DNA of 32,000 nt from Nostoc sp. PCC 7120 = FACHB-418. Its GTDB lineage: Bacteria; Cyanobacteriota; Cyanobacteriia; Cyanobacteriales; Nostocaceae. Made by a program: the position numbers and the translations under genes. The notes below the pieces were generated by a model. It ran no database searches, was not told where the DNA came from, and was given only the letters and a program-made list of their open reading frames with translations. This document shows positions 18,647-27,864 of the stretch, piece after piece (within the stretch, counting starts at the first letter, position 1; each line of letters opens with the position of its first letter). The DNA lies in the NCBI RefSeq assembly GCF_000009705.1, contig NC_003272.1:5250001-5282000 (forward strand), given 5' to 3'.

Positions 18647-18910
18647 TCACAATTGTGCGCGGATCTTAAAAGCATAGTCTCCTCCTGGTTCTAGTTGATA
18701 ATCTTGCTGTTCCAAGAAGCGACCGAGGGGTTCTTTGATTAAAGCGCGTCCTTGGGAAGGCTTTACCAGCAGTTCTCCCCGACGAAAATGCCACTGGAAA
18801 TGCCACTCAAAATCACCAGCACTCACTTCACCTTCTAGGAAGCCGTGTTGCCAGGATTGGCGAATGATTTTGACATGGGCAGTAGTTTCTGGCAAAGGTT
18901 TAGCACTCAC
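18647..18910 (-). CDS. Small hypothetical protein (87 aa)
   Basis: The ORF is not low-complexity and sits tightly in the gap convergent with the preceding gene. I recognise no family. Confidence 0.45.
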   Translation of the reverse strand: MSAKPLPETTAHVKIIRQSWQHGFLEGEVSAGDFEWHFQWHFRRGELLVKPSQGRALIKEPLGRFLEQQDYQLEPGGDYAFKIRAQL

Positions 18911-19025
18911 AATGCTTGGTGTTAAGTATGGAACAAAAGCACAAGCTTAACTATGTAAGCTATTTCTTTTATTTACCAAACTTCGCTCAAATCGACAAAC
19001 TGACAAAATGAGTATATCGAAACTT

Positions 19026-19080
19026 ATGGTAATAGGTAATAGGTCATGGTAAAAAACAATTACCTATTGTCTATGACCCA
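19026..19080. repeat. Heptamer array (ATGGTAA/TAGGTAA/TAGGTCA) plus A-rich loop plus complementary arm
   Basis: Read directly. It is related to the element at 10013..10058. Confidence 0.65.
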
Positions 19081-19090
19081 ATACGGTTCA

Positions 19091-19118
19091 GTAGAGACGT
19101 TTCATGCAACGTCTCTAC
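19091..19118. repeat. 28-nt palindromic small dispersed element (GTAGAGACGTT-TCATGC-AACGTCTCTAC)
   Basis: Perfect 11-bp arms. This is the second copy of the family seen at 8122..8149. Confidence 0.75.
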
Positions 19119-19144
19119 TTGGGATTATTCACAATCATGAAAAA

Positions 19145-19202
19145 CTTTACGGCGATGCCTACGTAAAGAGGCATCGCGGATTTTAGATATGATCTAAAAT
19201 CC
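19145..19202 (-). terminator. pnp 3' hairpins (GGATTTTAGAT-ATG-ATCTAAAATCC and GCGATGCCT/AGGCATCGC)
   Basis: Two strong inverted repeats lie immediately downstream of the pnp stop (19212) on the minus strand. On the minus strand the second is followed by CGTAAAGTTTTT. Confidence 0.55.
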
Positions 19203-19211
19203 CCAATCGAT

Positions 19212-21368
19212 TTAACGATTCACCGCCGCAGCTTCCCGCGCCGCAGCTGCTTGATCTGGGTGTATACCCAAGCGTGTGAGATTAATCCGTCCCTTATTGT
19301 CAATTTCGCGCACTTTGACAATTACTTCATCGCCAACAGCTACTTCATCTTCAACTTTGCCGACACGGTAATCAGCTAATTGGGAAATGTGAATCATCCC
19401 TTCTTTTCCAGGGAGAAATTCCACAAAAGCACCAATGGGAATAATCCGAGTCACACGTCCGGCATAGACATCGCCTTCGTTGAGTTTGCGAGTCATGCCT
19501 TGGACAATATTACGCGCTCTTTTCGCCTTGTTTTCATCAACCGCAGAAATTGTCACTGTGCCATCGTCTTCAATGTCGATTTTTGCACCAGTTTCTTCGG
19601 TGATGCCCTTAATTGTCTTACCGCCGGGGCCAATGACTAGACCGATCATGTCTGGATCAATCTTGATAGTCAACAGGCGTGGGGCATAAGGTGAGGTTTC
19701 AGTGCGTGGTTGGTCGATAGTTTGGAGCATTTTGTCCAAAATATGCAGCCTAGCATCTTTTGCTTGGTGAATGGCTTGGGCAATAACCTCCAAAGACAAA
19801 CCAGAGATTTTCATGTCCATTTGCAAGGCGGTAATCCCTGCATCGGTACCAGCGACTTTAAAGTCCATATCACCTAAAAAGTCTTCGATGCCCTGAATAT
19901 CTGTCAGGACTCGGACTTCATCACCTTCTTTAATCAAACCCATTGCTGCACCACTCACGGGTTTGAGAATGGGTACACCGGCATCCATTAATGCCAAGGT
20001 GGAACCACAAACTGAACCCATTGAGGTGGAACCGTTGGAGGAAAGCACTTCCGAGACGACGCGAATCACGTAAGGGAATTGCTCTTTTGGTGGCAGCACA
20101 GGTAAGATGGCTCTCTCTGCTAATGCACCGTGACCAATTTCCCGTCTACCAGGGGCGCGTAAGGGTTTAGTTTCCCCGACGGAGAAAGGCGGGAAGTTGT
20201 AATGATGGAGGTAGCGTTTCGATTGGTCTGTTTGCAGGTCATCATTGAGGTTTTGGGCATCACCAGGAGTACCCAAAGTACAAGCTGATAATACCTGAGT
20301 CAGCCCTCGGTTAAATAAACCGCTACCGTGGACACGTTTTGGTAAGACACCAACTTGGGAAGAAACCGGACGCACTTGATCAAGTTTCCGACCATCCACA
20401 CGCACGTTATCTTCGACGATTTGACGGCGCATGAAGTATTTAGTGATGTCTTTAAAAGTGTTGCCCAGGGCTTTGCTGTTGGCAGTTGCAGCTAAACGAA
20501 TTGGGTCTTCCTCTGGGAGTTCGGCGATCGCTGTGGCAATATTATCTTTAACAACGTCCAACGCGGCATCGCGTTCGGGTTTGGTTAGTTCAAATTGAGC
20601 CAGAATTTTCTTAATTTCGTCGCTAGCGCGATCACGGATATAATTTTCCAGAGTTTGGTCTACCTCTGGCGGTGCTTCTTGGACAATTTCTAGACCGAGT
20701 TCGGCTACTAGGTCTAGCTGCGCTTTAATTAAGTCGCGCACAGCCTCATAACCAAAATCAATCGCCTCGATAATATCTCGCTCTGGTAATTGATTAGCCC
20801 CTGCTTCCACCATAATCACACCGTGAGGTGAACCTGCGACTACCAGATCCAAGTCTCCGGCTTCGATTTCTGCATAGGTGGGGTTAATAATGAAATCATC
20901 GCCCACTAACCCTACCCTCACTGCTGCCATTGGCCCGTTAAAGGGGATTTTGGCAATGAGAGTAGCAATGGAAGCACCTGTTACCGCTAGCACGTCGGGT
21001 GGTACTTGCTCGTCCATCGACATTGTTAAGGCGACAACTTGCAAGTCATCCCGCAACCATGAAGGGAACAAAGGACGCAGGGGACGATCTATGAGACGGC
21101 TGGTGAGAATTGTTTTTTCTGGGGGACGGCCTTCTCGGCGCATAATCCCACCGGGGATTCTACCAGCCGCATATAGTCTTTCTTCATAGTCTACTGTCAG
21201 GGGAAGGAAATCAATGCCTTCTCTACCTGGCGATCGCGTAGCTGTGACTAAAACAGCTGTATCCCCTGATTCTATCAAAACCGACCCACCAGCTTGGGGT
21301 GCTAGTAGGCCTACTTTCAGTCGAATATCCCTTCCATCGAAGGATATTGACTTCTCAAATTCTGCCAT
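19212..21368 (-). CDS. pnp: Polyribonucleotide nucleotidyltransferase (PNPase)
   Basis: 718-aa product with two RNase PH domains, then a KH domain ([15 protein letters not shown]) and an S1 domain ([28 protein letters not shown]). Confidence 0.96.
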   Translation of the reverse strand: MAEFEKSISFDGRDIRLKVGLLAPQAGGSVLIESGDTAVLVTATRSPGREGIDFLPLTVDYEERLYAAGRIPGGIMRREGRPPEKTILTSRLIDRPLRPLFPSWLRDDLQVVALTMSMDEQVPPDVLAVTGASIATLIAKIPFNGPMAAVRVGLVGDDFIINPTYAEIEAGDLDLVVAGSPHGVIMVEAGANQLPERDIIEAIDFGYEAVRDLIKAQLDLVAELGLEIVQEAPPEVDQTLENYIRDRASDEIKKILAQFELTKPERDAALDVVKDNIATAIAELPEEDPIRLAATANSKALGNTFKDITKYFMRRQIVEDNVRVDGRKLDQVRPVSSQVGVLPKRVHGSGLFNRGLTQVLSACTLGTPGDAQNLNDDLQTDQSKRYLHHYNFPPFSVGETKPLRAPGRREIGHGALAERAILPVLPPKEQFPYVIRVVSEVLSSNGSTSMGSVCGSTLALMDAGVPILKPVSGAAMGLIKEGDEVRVLTDIQGIEDFLGDMDFKVAGTDAGITALQMDMKISGLSLEVIAQAIHQAKDARLHILDKMLQTIDQPRTETSPYAPRLLTIKIDPDMIGLVIGPGGKTIKGITEETGAKIDIEDDGTVTISAVDENKAKRARNIVQGMTRKLNEGDVYAGRVTRIIPIGAFVEFLPGKEGMIHISQLADYRVGKVEDEVAVGDEVIVKVREIDNKGRINLTRLGIHPDQAAAAREAAAVNR

Positions 21369-21514
21369 TCAGCTTTTTTTCCTTCTATGCACGCTATTCT
21401 CTCTCTGTGGCAATCCTAACATTTATGCCCTATGGCTGGCTTCTGTTACATACAAAGAGCAACATCGGGATTTTGTGAGGGTGTAAGGGAAGAATTTAGT
21501 TTTACTCTTTCCCC

Positions 21515-22063
21515 CTATACCCCTAAAGCACGATACATAATCAGCGCCTTGACTACCTTTCCATCAGCCAGCTTTGCCGCATCGGGAACGCTTCCAATGA
21601 TATCAAAACCTAAGGATTGCCATAGAGTGATTGAAGGTATATTAGTTTCAAAGACCAAATTAAACATTACTGCCTCGTAGCCTAATTGGGCTGCTACCAA
21701 GAGCATAGATTCTCCCATGAACTTACCTATGCCCTGACCCCGCAATCCTGGTTGTACAATAAAACCAGCGTTGCAGATATGACTGCATCGTCCCGGAAAG
21801 TTTGGTTTGATATAAAATGACCCTAATATTGTTTGTGGTTTTTGTGTACCATCCTCACCAGATAACCTAATAACAAAGGCATCTTGACTCAACCAGTAAG
21901 CTGCAAATTCTTGTTGTGATAATGGTTGCTTTTGTGGATAGGTCTGACCTTCATCAATGACAACATTGAGCAGTCTTCTTACATCTTCATATTCCTGAGG
22001 TTTTATATAATCTAATTCTACAGTTGCACCATTTTTGAGAATTTTATGTAGAGGTAATTTCAT
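21515..22063 (-). CDS. GNAT-family N-acetyltransferase
   Basis: 182-aa ORF with the acetyl-CoA motif A, VQPGLRGQGIGKFM. Confidence 0.8.
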   Translation of the reverse strand: MKLPLHKILKNGATVELDYIKPQEYEDVRRLLNVVIDEGQTYPQKQPLSQQEFAAYWLSQDAFVIRLSGEDGTQKPQTILGSFYIKPNFPGRCSHICNAGFIVQPGLRGQGIGKFMGESMLLVAAQLGYEAVMFNLVFETNIPSITLWQSLGFDIIGSVPDAAKLADGKVVKALIMYRALGV

Positions 22064-22198
22064 GATTAATGTTATTTGATATATATAAATAGTTACATAT
22101 ACATATATTTATTTTAGATGATATTTATTTCACTAAATATAGTTGATAGTCCAAAAATAAACATTTATTACTTTAAGTAAAGTCTGAGTAATTAACAA

Positions 22199-25100
22199 AT
22201 GGCAATTCTACACGGTAGTTGGATATTAAATGAGCAGGAGAGTTGTTTATTTATTTGGGGGGAAACTTGGCGATCGCCACAAGTGGATTTTAATTTTGCG
22301 GAGATATCCCTCAATCCCTTGGCGCTGTCTGCACTGGAATTAAGTGAGTGGTTGCAGTCTCAACATCAGGCGATCGCTAAGTTGTTACCGCAACAATTGG
22401 AAAAACGAACCTCCAAAGCAGCAAGTTCTGTAAAAATAAATTTATTAACTCATTCACAAATAATTGCCCTGCCAACGGAAATTTCCCAACCTCGTAAAAA
22501 AGAAACCATTTTAATTTCTCCTGTGCATTCTGCCGCTTTAGCATCTGAGTCAGACTCTGAAGTTTATTTACAAACTTGGCGTGTAGAAGGTTTTTGTCTT
22601 CCTCCTAGTGCAGCAATTAAATTGCTAACTTCTTTACCTTTAAATATAACTAGTGGGGAGAATGCTTTTTTAGGTGGAGATTTACGTTTCTGGTCACAAA
22701 TTGCCCGTTGGAGTTTAGATTTAATTTCTAGGTCTAAGTTTCTCCCAATTATCCAACGACAACCTAATAATTCTGTAAGTGCTAAATGGCAAGTACTTTT
22801 AGATAGTGCCGTAGATGGAACTCGTTTAGAAAAGTTTGCTGCGAAGATGCCCTTGGTTTGTCGGACTTATCAAGAAATTGGGAGTGGGGAATCTCCTATA
22901 TATATAGATTTTCCTAGTCAGCCGCAGGATTTAATCTTGGGTTTTCTCAATAGTGCGATAGATACGCAATTGCGGGAGATGGTGGGGAATCAGCCTGTGG
23001 TGGAAACTCGGTTGATGGCATCTTTACCATCGGCGGTGCGACAGTGGTTGCAAGCGTTAATTGCTGCATCTAATTCAATTGATGCAGATGCTGTTGGTTT
23101 AGAAAGGCTGGAAGCGGCGCTCAAGGCTTGGACGATGCCGCTACAATATCAACTAGCAAGTAAAAATCAATTTCGCACTTGTTTTGAATTACGTTCTCCA
23201 GAACCAGACGAAACTGAATGGACGCTGGCGTATTTCCTGCAAGCAGCCGATGATCCAGAATTTTTAGTAGATGCGGCGACTATTTGGCAAAATCCTGTTG
23301 AACAGCTAATTTATCAACAGCGAACGATTGAAGAACCCCAGGAAACGTTTTTGCGAGGTTTGGGGTTAGCTTCTCGATTGTATCCGGTCATTGCCCCCAC
23401 TTTAGATACAGAATCACCCCAATTTTGTCATCTCAAGCCCATGCAGGCTTATGAATTTATCAAGGCTGTGGCTTGGCGATTTGAAGATAGCGGCTTAGGG
23501 GTGATTTTACCTCCTAGTTTGGCGAATCGTGAAGGCTGGGCAAATCGCTTGGGTTTGAAAATCTCCGCCGAAACGCCGAAGAAAAAACCAGGACGCTTAG
23601 GATTGCAGAGTTTGCTCAATTTCCAATGGCACTTAGCGATTGGTGGGCAAACTATTTCTAAAGCTGAATTTGACAGACTGGTAGCTTTAAAAAGCCCATT
23701 GGTAGAAATTAACGGCGAGTGGGTGGAATTACGTCCCCAAGATATCAAAACAGCTGAAGCCTTTTTTACTGCGCGTAAAGACCAAATGGCCTTATCTTTA
23801 GAAGATGCCTTACGTCTAAGTAGTGGCGATACACAAGTAATTGAGAAATTACCAGTAGTCAGCTTTGAAGCCTCTGGCGCATTACAAGAATTGATTGGGG
23901 CGCTGACAAATAATCAAGCAGTTGCACCATTACCTACGCCGAAAAACTTCCAAGGACAGTTACGTCCTTATCAAGAAAGGGGTGCGGCTTGGTTGGCGTT
24001 CCTCGAACGCTGGGGTTTAGGTGCTTGTCTCGCCGACGACATGGGACTGGGAAAAACGATACAGTTCATTGCTTTCCTTCTCCATCTTAAAGAACAGGAT
24101 GTATTAGAAAAACCAACTTTACTAGTGTGTCCTACTTCTGTTTTAGGTAACTGGGAACGAGAGGTGAGAAAATTTGCACCTACACTTAAAGTTCTCCAGT
24201 ATCATGGTGACAAACGTCCTAAAGGTAAAGCATTTCAAGAAGCAGTAAAAAAACATGATTTAGTTATTACAAGTTACTCATTAATTCATAGAGATATCAA
24301 ATCATTGCAGGGTATTCCTTGGCAAATAATTGTTTTAGATGAAGCCCAAAATGTGAAGAATGCGGAAGCCAAACAATCACAAGCAGTCAGACAATTAGAA
24401 ACAACATTTCGTATTGCTTTAACAGGTACACCAGTAGAAAATAGACTACAAGAACTTTGGTCAATTTTAGATTTTCTTAATCCTGGTTACTTAGGTAATA
24501 AGCAATTCTTTCAAAGACGTTTTGCTATGCCAATTGAAAAGTATGGTGATGCAGCATCTTTAAATCAATTGCGTGCTTTAGTGCAACCATTTATTCTGCG
24601 TCGGCTGAAAACAGACCGTGATATTATTCAAGACTTGCCCGATAAGCAAGAAATGACAGTATTTTGTGGTTTGACTGGAGAACAAGCTGCACTTTATCAA
24701 AAAGCGGTAGAAACATCTTTAGCAGAAATTGAATCAGCCGAAGGATTGCAACGCCGAGGGATGATTTTAGCTTTATTAATTAAACTCAAACAAATCTGCA
24801 ATCATCCAGCCCAATATCTGAAAATAAATACATTAGAACAACACAGTTCTGGAAAACTGCAAAGATTAGAAGAAATGTTAGAAGAGGTGTTAGCAGAGAG
24901 TAATACTTACGGTGTTGCCGGTGCGGGACGTGCTTTGATTTTTACCCAATTTGCAGAATGGGGTAAGTTACTCAAACCACATTTAGAAAAACAACTAGGG
25001 CGGGAAATATTTTTCTTATATGGTGGTACGAGTAAAAAGCAACGAGAAGAAATGATTGACCGTTTTCAACACGACCCCCAAGGGCCACCAATTATGATTC

Positions 25101-25426
25101 TCTCCCTCAAAGCAGGTGGTGTAGGGTTGAACTTAACCAGGGCAAATCATGTATTTCACTTTGATAGATGGTGGAATCCAGCCGTAGAGAATCAAGCTAC
25201 AGACCGCGTATTTCGCATTGGTCAAACTCGCAATGTACAGGTGCATAAATTTGTTTGTAATGGCACCTTAGAAGAGAAAATTCACGACATGATTGAAAGT
25301 AAAAAACAACTAGCGGAACAGGTTGTTGGAGCAGGCGAAGAATGGTTAACTGAATTAGATACAGATCAACTCCGCAACTTACTGATACTTGATCGTAGTA
25401 CAGTAATTGATGAAGAAGCAGATTGA
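22199..25426 (+). CDS. SNF2/Swi2-family helicase-like ATPase with a long bacterial N-terminal region (YwqA/RapA-like)
   Basis: 1075 aa. Helicase motifs are I LADDMGLGKT, II DEAQNVKN, III LTGTPVENRL, and V/VI SLKAGGVGLNLTRANHVFHFDRWWNPAVENQATDRVFRIGQ. An SNF2-associated segment is also present (FQWHLAIGGQTISKAEFDRLVALKSPLVEINGEWVEL). Confidence 0.9.
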   Translation: MAILHGSWILNEQESCLFIWGETWRSPQVDFNFAEISLNPLALSALELSEWLQSQHQAIAKLLPQQLEKRTSKAASSVKINLLTHSQIIALPTEISQPRKKETILISPVHSAALASESDSEVYLQTWRVEGFCLPPSAAIKLLTSLPLNITSGENAFLGGDLRFWSQIARWSLDLISRSKFLPIIQRQPNNSVSAKWQVLLDSAVDGTRLEKFAAKMPLVCRTYQEIGSGESPIYIDFPSQPQDLILGFLNSAIDTQLREMVGNQPVVETRLMASLPSAVRQWLQALIAASNSIDADAVGLERLEAALKAWTMPLQYQLASKNQFRTCFELRSPEPDETEWTLAYFLQAADDPEFLVDAATIWQNPVEQLIYQQRTIEEPQETFLRGLGLASRLYPVIAPTLDTESPQFCHLKPMQAYEFIKAVAWRFEDSGLGVILPPSLANREGWANRLGLKISAETPKKKPGRLGLQSLLNFQWHLAIGGQTISKAEFDRLVALKSPLVEINGEWVELRPQDIKTAEAFFTARKDQMALSLEDALRLSSGDTQVIEKLPVVSFEASGALQELIGALTNNQAVAPLPTPKNFQGQLRPYQERGAAWLAFLERWGLGACLADDMGLGKTIQFIAFLLHLKEQDVLEKPTLLVCPTSVLGNWEREVRKFAPTLKVLQYHGDKRPKGKAFQEAVKKHDLVITSYSLIHRDIKSLQGIPWQIIVLDEAQNVKNAEAKQSQAVRQLETTFRIALTGTPVENRLQELWSILDFLNPGYLGNKQFFQRRFAMPIEKYGDAASLNQLRALVQPFILRRLKTDRDIIQDLPDKQEMTVFCGLTGEQAALYQKAVETSLAEIESAEGLQRRGMILALLIKLKQICNHPAQYLKINTLEQHSSGKLQRLEEMLEEVLAESNTYGVAGAGRALIFTQFAEWGKLLKPHLEKQLGREIFFLYGGTSKKQREEMIDRFQHDPQGPPIMILSLKAGGVGLNLTRANHVFHFDRWWNPAVENQATDRVFRIGQTRNVQVHKFVCNGTLEEKIHDMIESKKQLAEQVVGAGEEWLTELDTDQLRNLLILDRSTVIDEEAD

Positions 25427-25697
25427 AAAAGATGCGTGATTTTGCCAAGGCTTTGAATGTAAAAAATGTTTTGGCAGACTTCTTTATTTATGAATTTCTC
25501 TTTTCGGTGAAGCAACGCGATCGCCTCGGCAGATAATTGTCTTCAAGTGGGGTAAAATACCATCATCATTGGCTCTTTTACCTGTCTCTAGACTACCGCG
25601 ATCACCAAATAAATTAATGGCTTTGGTTGGATTACTAGAACCTATGCCACTAATAATATTTTGTTAATCCAGATGTGGATTATAGCAAGGTCAATGA

Positions 25698-26606
25698 GAG
25701 ACCATTTATAAAGTAAATCTTTAGACGACTAGACGACGTAGCATAATACGAGTCATAACGGCATATATGGCAGCCTCACTCATTTCTGGGAGACGCTCAT
25801 AATCCTTACTGAGACGACGGTACTGGTTTAACCAGCCAAATGTTCTTTCTACTACCCACCGTTTGGGCAAAACCTGAAATTCTTGATTAGTACGCCGGAT
25901 TACCTCAACATGAGCTTGAATCATCAGCCAAACAGAGAGCGCAAATTTATCACCGTCATAGCCGGAATCAACCCAGATGACTTCAACTTTTTCCAGTAAT
26001 TCTGGACGCTCTTCTAACAGTTCCATCAAAGTATAGGCGGCAAGTAATCTTTCTCCAGCATTTGCTTCACTTACAACCACTTTTAACAAAAGTCCCAGAC
26101 TATCAACCAAAGTTTGCCGCTTTCGTCCTTTTACCTTCTTGCCACCATCAAAACCGTACACATCCCCCTTTTTTCAGTCGTTTTTACCGACTGGCTGTCT
26201 GCCGCGATCGCCGTGGGTTGAGTTGACTTCCCCATTTTTTGACGAACTTGATCGCGCAAAGTATGATTCATTTGCTCCCAGATACCTCGTTTTTGCCATT
26301 TACGATAGTAGCTGTAAACAGTTGAACTAGGAGGAAAATCCCCTGGAAGCATATCCCACTGACAACCTGTTTTCAGATGGTAGTAGATAGCGTTGCATAC
26401 TTCTCGCATATCAGTTGTTCGGGGATGCCCACCGCATTTAGCGGGTGGAATCAAAGGAGCTAAAATTGCCCATTCTGAGTCATTAAGGTCTGTAGAATAA
26501 GACTTTCGTCTCATTGTTTCCTATGTAAATACACTCTACAAACAGTATCTTATCGCTGCCTTTTTATCTGATGGCTCTCCTTTAGATTTACTTTATAAAT
26601 AGCCTC
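25698..26606 (-). mobile_element. IS5-family insertion sequence (IS1031/IS427-like group), 909 bp, apparently intact
   Basis: Terminal inverted repeats GAGACCATTTATAAAGTAAATCT (25698..25720) and the reverse complement of 26584..26606 match at 21 of 23 positions. The flanking direct repeat is TGA (25695..25697 and 26607..26609). Two overlapping transposase ORFs are present. Confidence 0.85.
25721..26514 (-). CDS. IS5-family DDE transposase, orfA-orfB joined by a programmed -1 frameshift (~264 aa fusion)
   Basis: orfA (26131..26514) carries an HTH-like N-terminus and the DSQSVKT motif. orfB (25721..26161) carries VDSGYDG and RWVVERTFGWL. orfB is in the -1 frame. The overlap contains GAAAAAAGGGGG (A6 run at 26169..26174 on the minus strand). 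Confidence 0.85.
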
Positions 26607-26700
26607 TGAATGGGTCGAAGTAAAATTTTTGACGTTCCCATCTAACGACGAGACGGTGGTATTTGCGCTGATAACAAGCAAAATACCACACTTGCTGATA
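26607..26700 (-). pseudogene. C-terminal remnant of an older IS4/IS5-type transposase, split by the IS insertion (continues at 25642..25697)
   Basis: After removing the IS and one TGA copy, the minus-strand frame reads YQQVWYFACYQRKYHRLVVRWERQKFYFDPFIDLAIIHIWINKILLVA*. This resembles the R.(Y/W)E(K/R)....F..F..LA...IW tail of IS5-type transposases. There is no start codon and no upstream part. Confidence 0.3.
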
Positions 26701-26721
26701 TGACCAATGACCAATGACCAA
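26701..26721. repeat. STRR2-type heptamer array TGACCAA x3
   Basis: Read directly, immediately downstream of the stop of the 370-aa ORF. Confidence 0.85.
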
Positions 26722-27834
26722 TTAATTCACCCTTTCCCATAATCTTTGCATTTCTGTAATCATCTCAGGTGTGGGAGGCGGTAGTTTTTCCACCGTTGGT
26801 TTCACTTCAGCGCCAGGAATATTTTGACTCCAAGGACTTTTAGGCACAGATTTTAAATCAACAGCATTATTCACCGGACGGAAACCATACTCAACTAATA
26901 CTGCTTGCTGTGCTGGTTGTGTCACAAAGTCGAGAAATTTCTTGGCTGCATTCGCTGTCCCTGAGTCAACGTCCCGGCGGACGATTGCGGCTGTCGCTGT
27001 GGATTCAATGGATGGGTTTAAATAATATATTTGATAAGGTCTACCGTTATTCGTACTTGACTGTTGCCAACGATAAAGGGCGACACTTTCATAGACTGTA
27101 GCTACATCAGCATCATTGGGGCCTCTGGTAATAAATTCTTGCAACAGAATATCTGTAGACCGGGGTGGCTGATATACTGACTTTTTCACCAACCCAAACA
27201 ACGATTGGACAGATGGATTATTGAGACTATTACTGTTAACTTTTGTGCCTAATTTTGATTGTGTCCACAGATTTAACGTCACCTGTCCACTGTTAGAACG
27301 GGTGGGGTCTGTGGTGACAAAATCAAAGCTACCCCAATCTTTATTACCACCGATTTTTTCCCAGTTACTAGCTAGCATGGCTTGTTCGACTTTTTGCCAT
27401 TGGAAGCGTCCATCAGGAAAGAGGACTTTGCCACGTTCAGGCCAGGCAATACCCACTAATATGGTTTTGGCGATGGGTCGGGGAGAGTCGTAAAATGGGG
27501 CAGTATTGTTAGCGGCGCGCAGGCGATCGCTTAATTCTGCTAAAATTTCTCCATTAGCAGGAATTAATATAGTAGGTTTAAAATCATTTTTATGGTCAAC
27601 AAATTTGTTAACCATATCTTGGGAACCTTGAAACTTTAGTTCTAATTTAATCTGAGGATTTTCCTGCTCAAATTTTGCCTCTAGCTGTTGTAATGGTTCC
27701 TGTAATTCTGTACCACTGACAATAATAACAGTTTGCTGTAACCCAGGAATAGGGGTATAAGTTAAAATTAGCGATGCAGCAATAATTCCGGCTGATATAT
27801 AAATTGGGGAAGACTTTGACTTTTTATTAGCCAT
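26722..27834 (-). CDS. Membrane-anchored periplasmic-binding-protein-like protein (paralog of the N-terminal half of the 570-aa vWA protein)
   Basis: 370 aa with an N-terminal TM (IYISAGIIAASLILTY). Motifs QGSQDMV, TDPTRSNSG, VYES and GFRPV are shared with ORF 28650..30362. Confidence 0.7.
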   Translation of the reverse strand: MANKKSKSSPIYISAGIIAASLILTYTPIPGLQQTVIIVSGTELQEPLQQLEAKFEQENPQIKLELKFQGSQDMVNKFVDHKNDFKPTILIPANGEILAELSDRLRAANNTAPFYDSPRPIAKTILVGIAWPERGKVLFPDGRFQWQKVEQAMLASNWEKIGGNKDWGSFDFVTTDPTRSNSGQVTLNLWTQSKLGTKVNSNSLNNPSVQSLFGLVKKSVYQPPRSTDILLQEFITRGPNDADVATVYESVALYRWQQSSTNNGRPYQIYYLNPSIESTATAAIVRRDVDSGTANAAKKFLDFVTQPAQQAVLVEYGFRPVNNAVDLKSVPKSPWSQNIPGAEVKPTVEKLPPPTPEMITEMQRLWERVN

Positions 27835-27864
27835 AAAGTGACTTTTGATCCCGGTGATTGAATA

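Noticed and set aside
19380-21486. Several 69-103-aa plus-strand ORFs inside and just upstream of pnp (19380, 19480, 20878, 21214, 21432)
   Set aside because: These are antisense shadow ORFs of a long, highly conserved CDS. They have no independent coding signal. The same applies to 712..903, 3404..3775, 3825..4010, 6584..6893, 8344..8592, 10363..10593, 10948..11169, 15679..15918, 23449..23748, 25197..25448, 26139..26330, 26910..27493, 28031..28564, 29149..29747, 30088..30390, 30864..31287 and 18735..18950.
22199-25426. SNF2 helicase as the core of a phage-defence system (DISARM, Zorya, BREX-like)
   Set aside because: None of the obligatory partner genes (methyltransferase, PLD/DUF1998, ZorA/B, PglZ and others) is present within about 10 kb. 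The neighbours are pnp, a GNAT gene and an IS. A lone conserved YwqA-like gene is the simpler reading.
25432-25533. 33-aa ORF starting 6 nt after the SNF2 stop (MRDFAKALNVKNVLADFFIYEFLFSVKQRDRLGR*)
   Set aside because: It is too short and has no RBS or motif. I considered it as a possible small partner of the SNF2 protein, but there is no evidence for that.
25484-25663. 60-codon open frame on the minus strand (QNIISGIGSSNPTKAINLFGDRGSLETGKRANDDGILPHLKTIICRGDRVASPKREIHK*) between the SNF2 gene and the IS
   Set aside because: It has no start codon and I recognise no family. It could be a gene fragment in the IS graveyard, but I cannot support a call without a database search.
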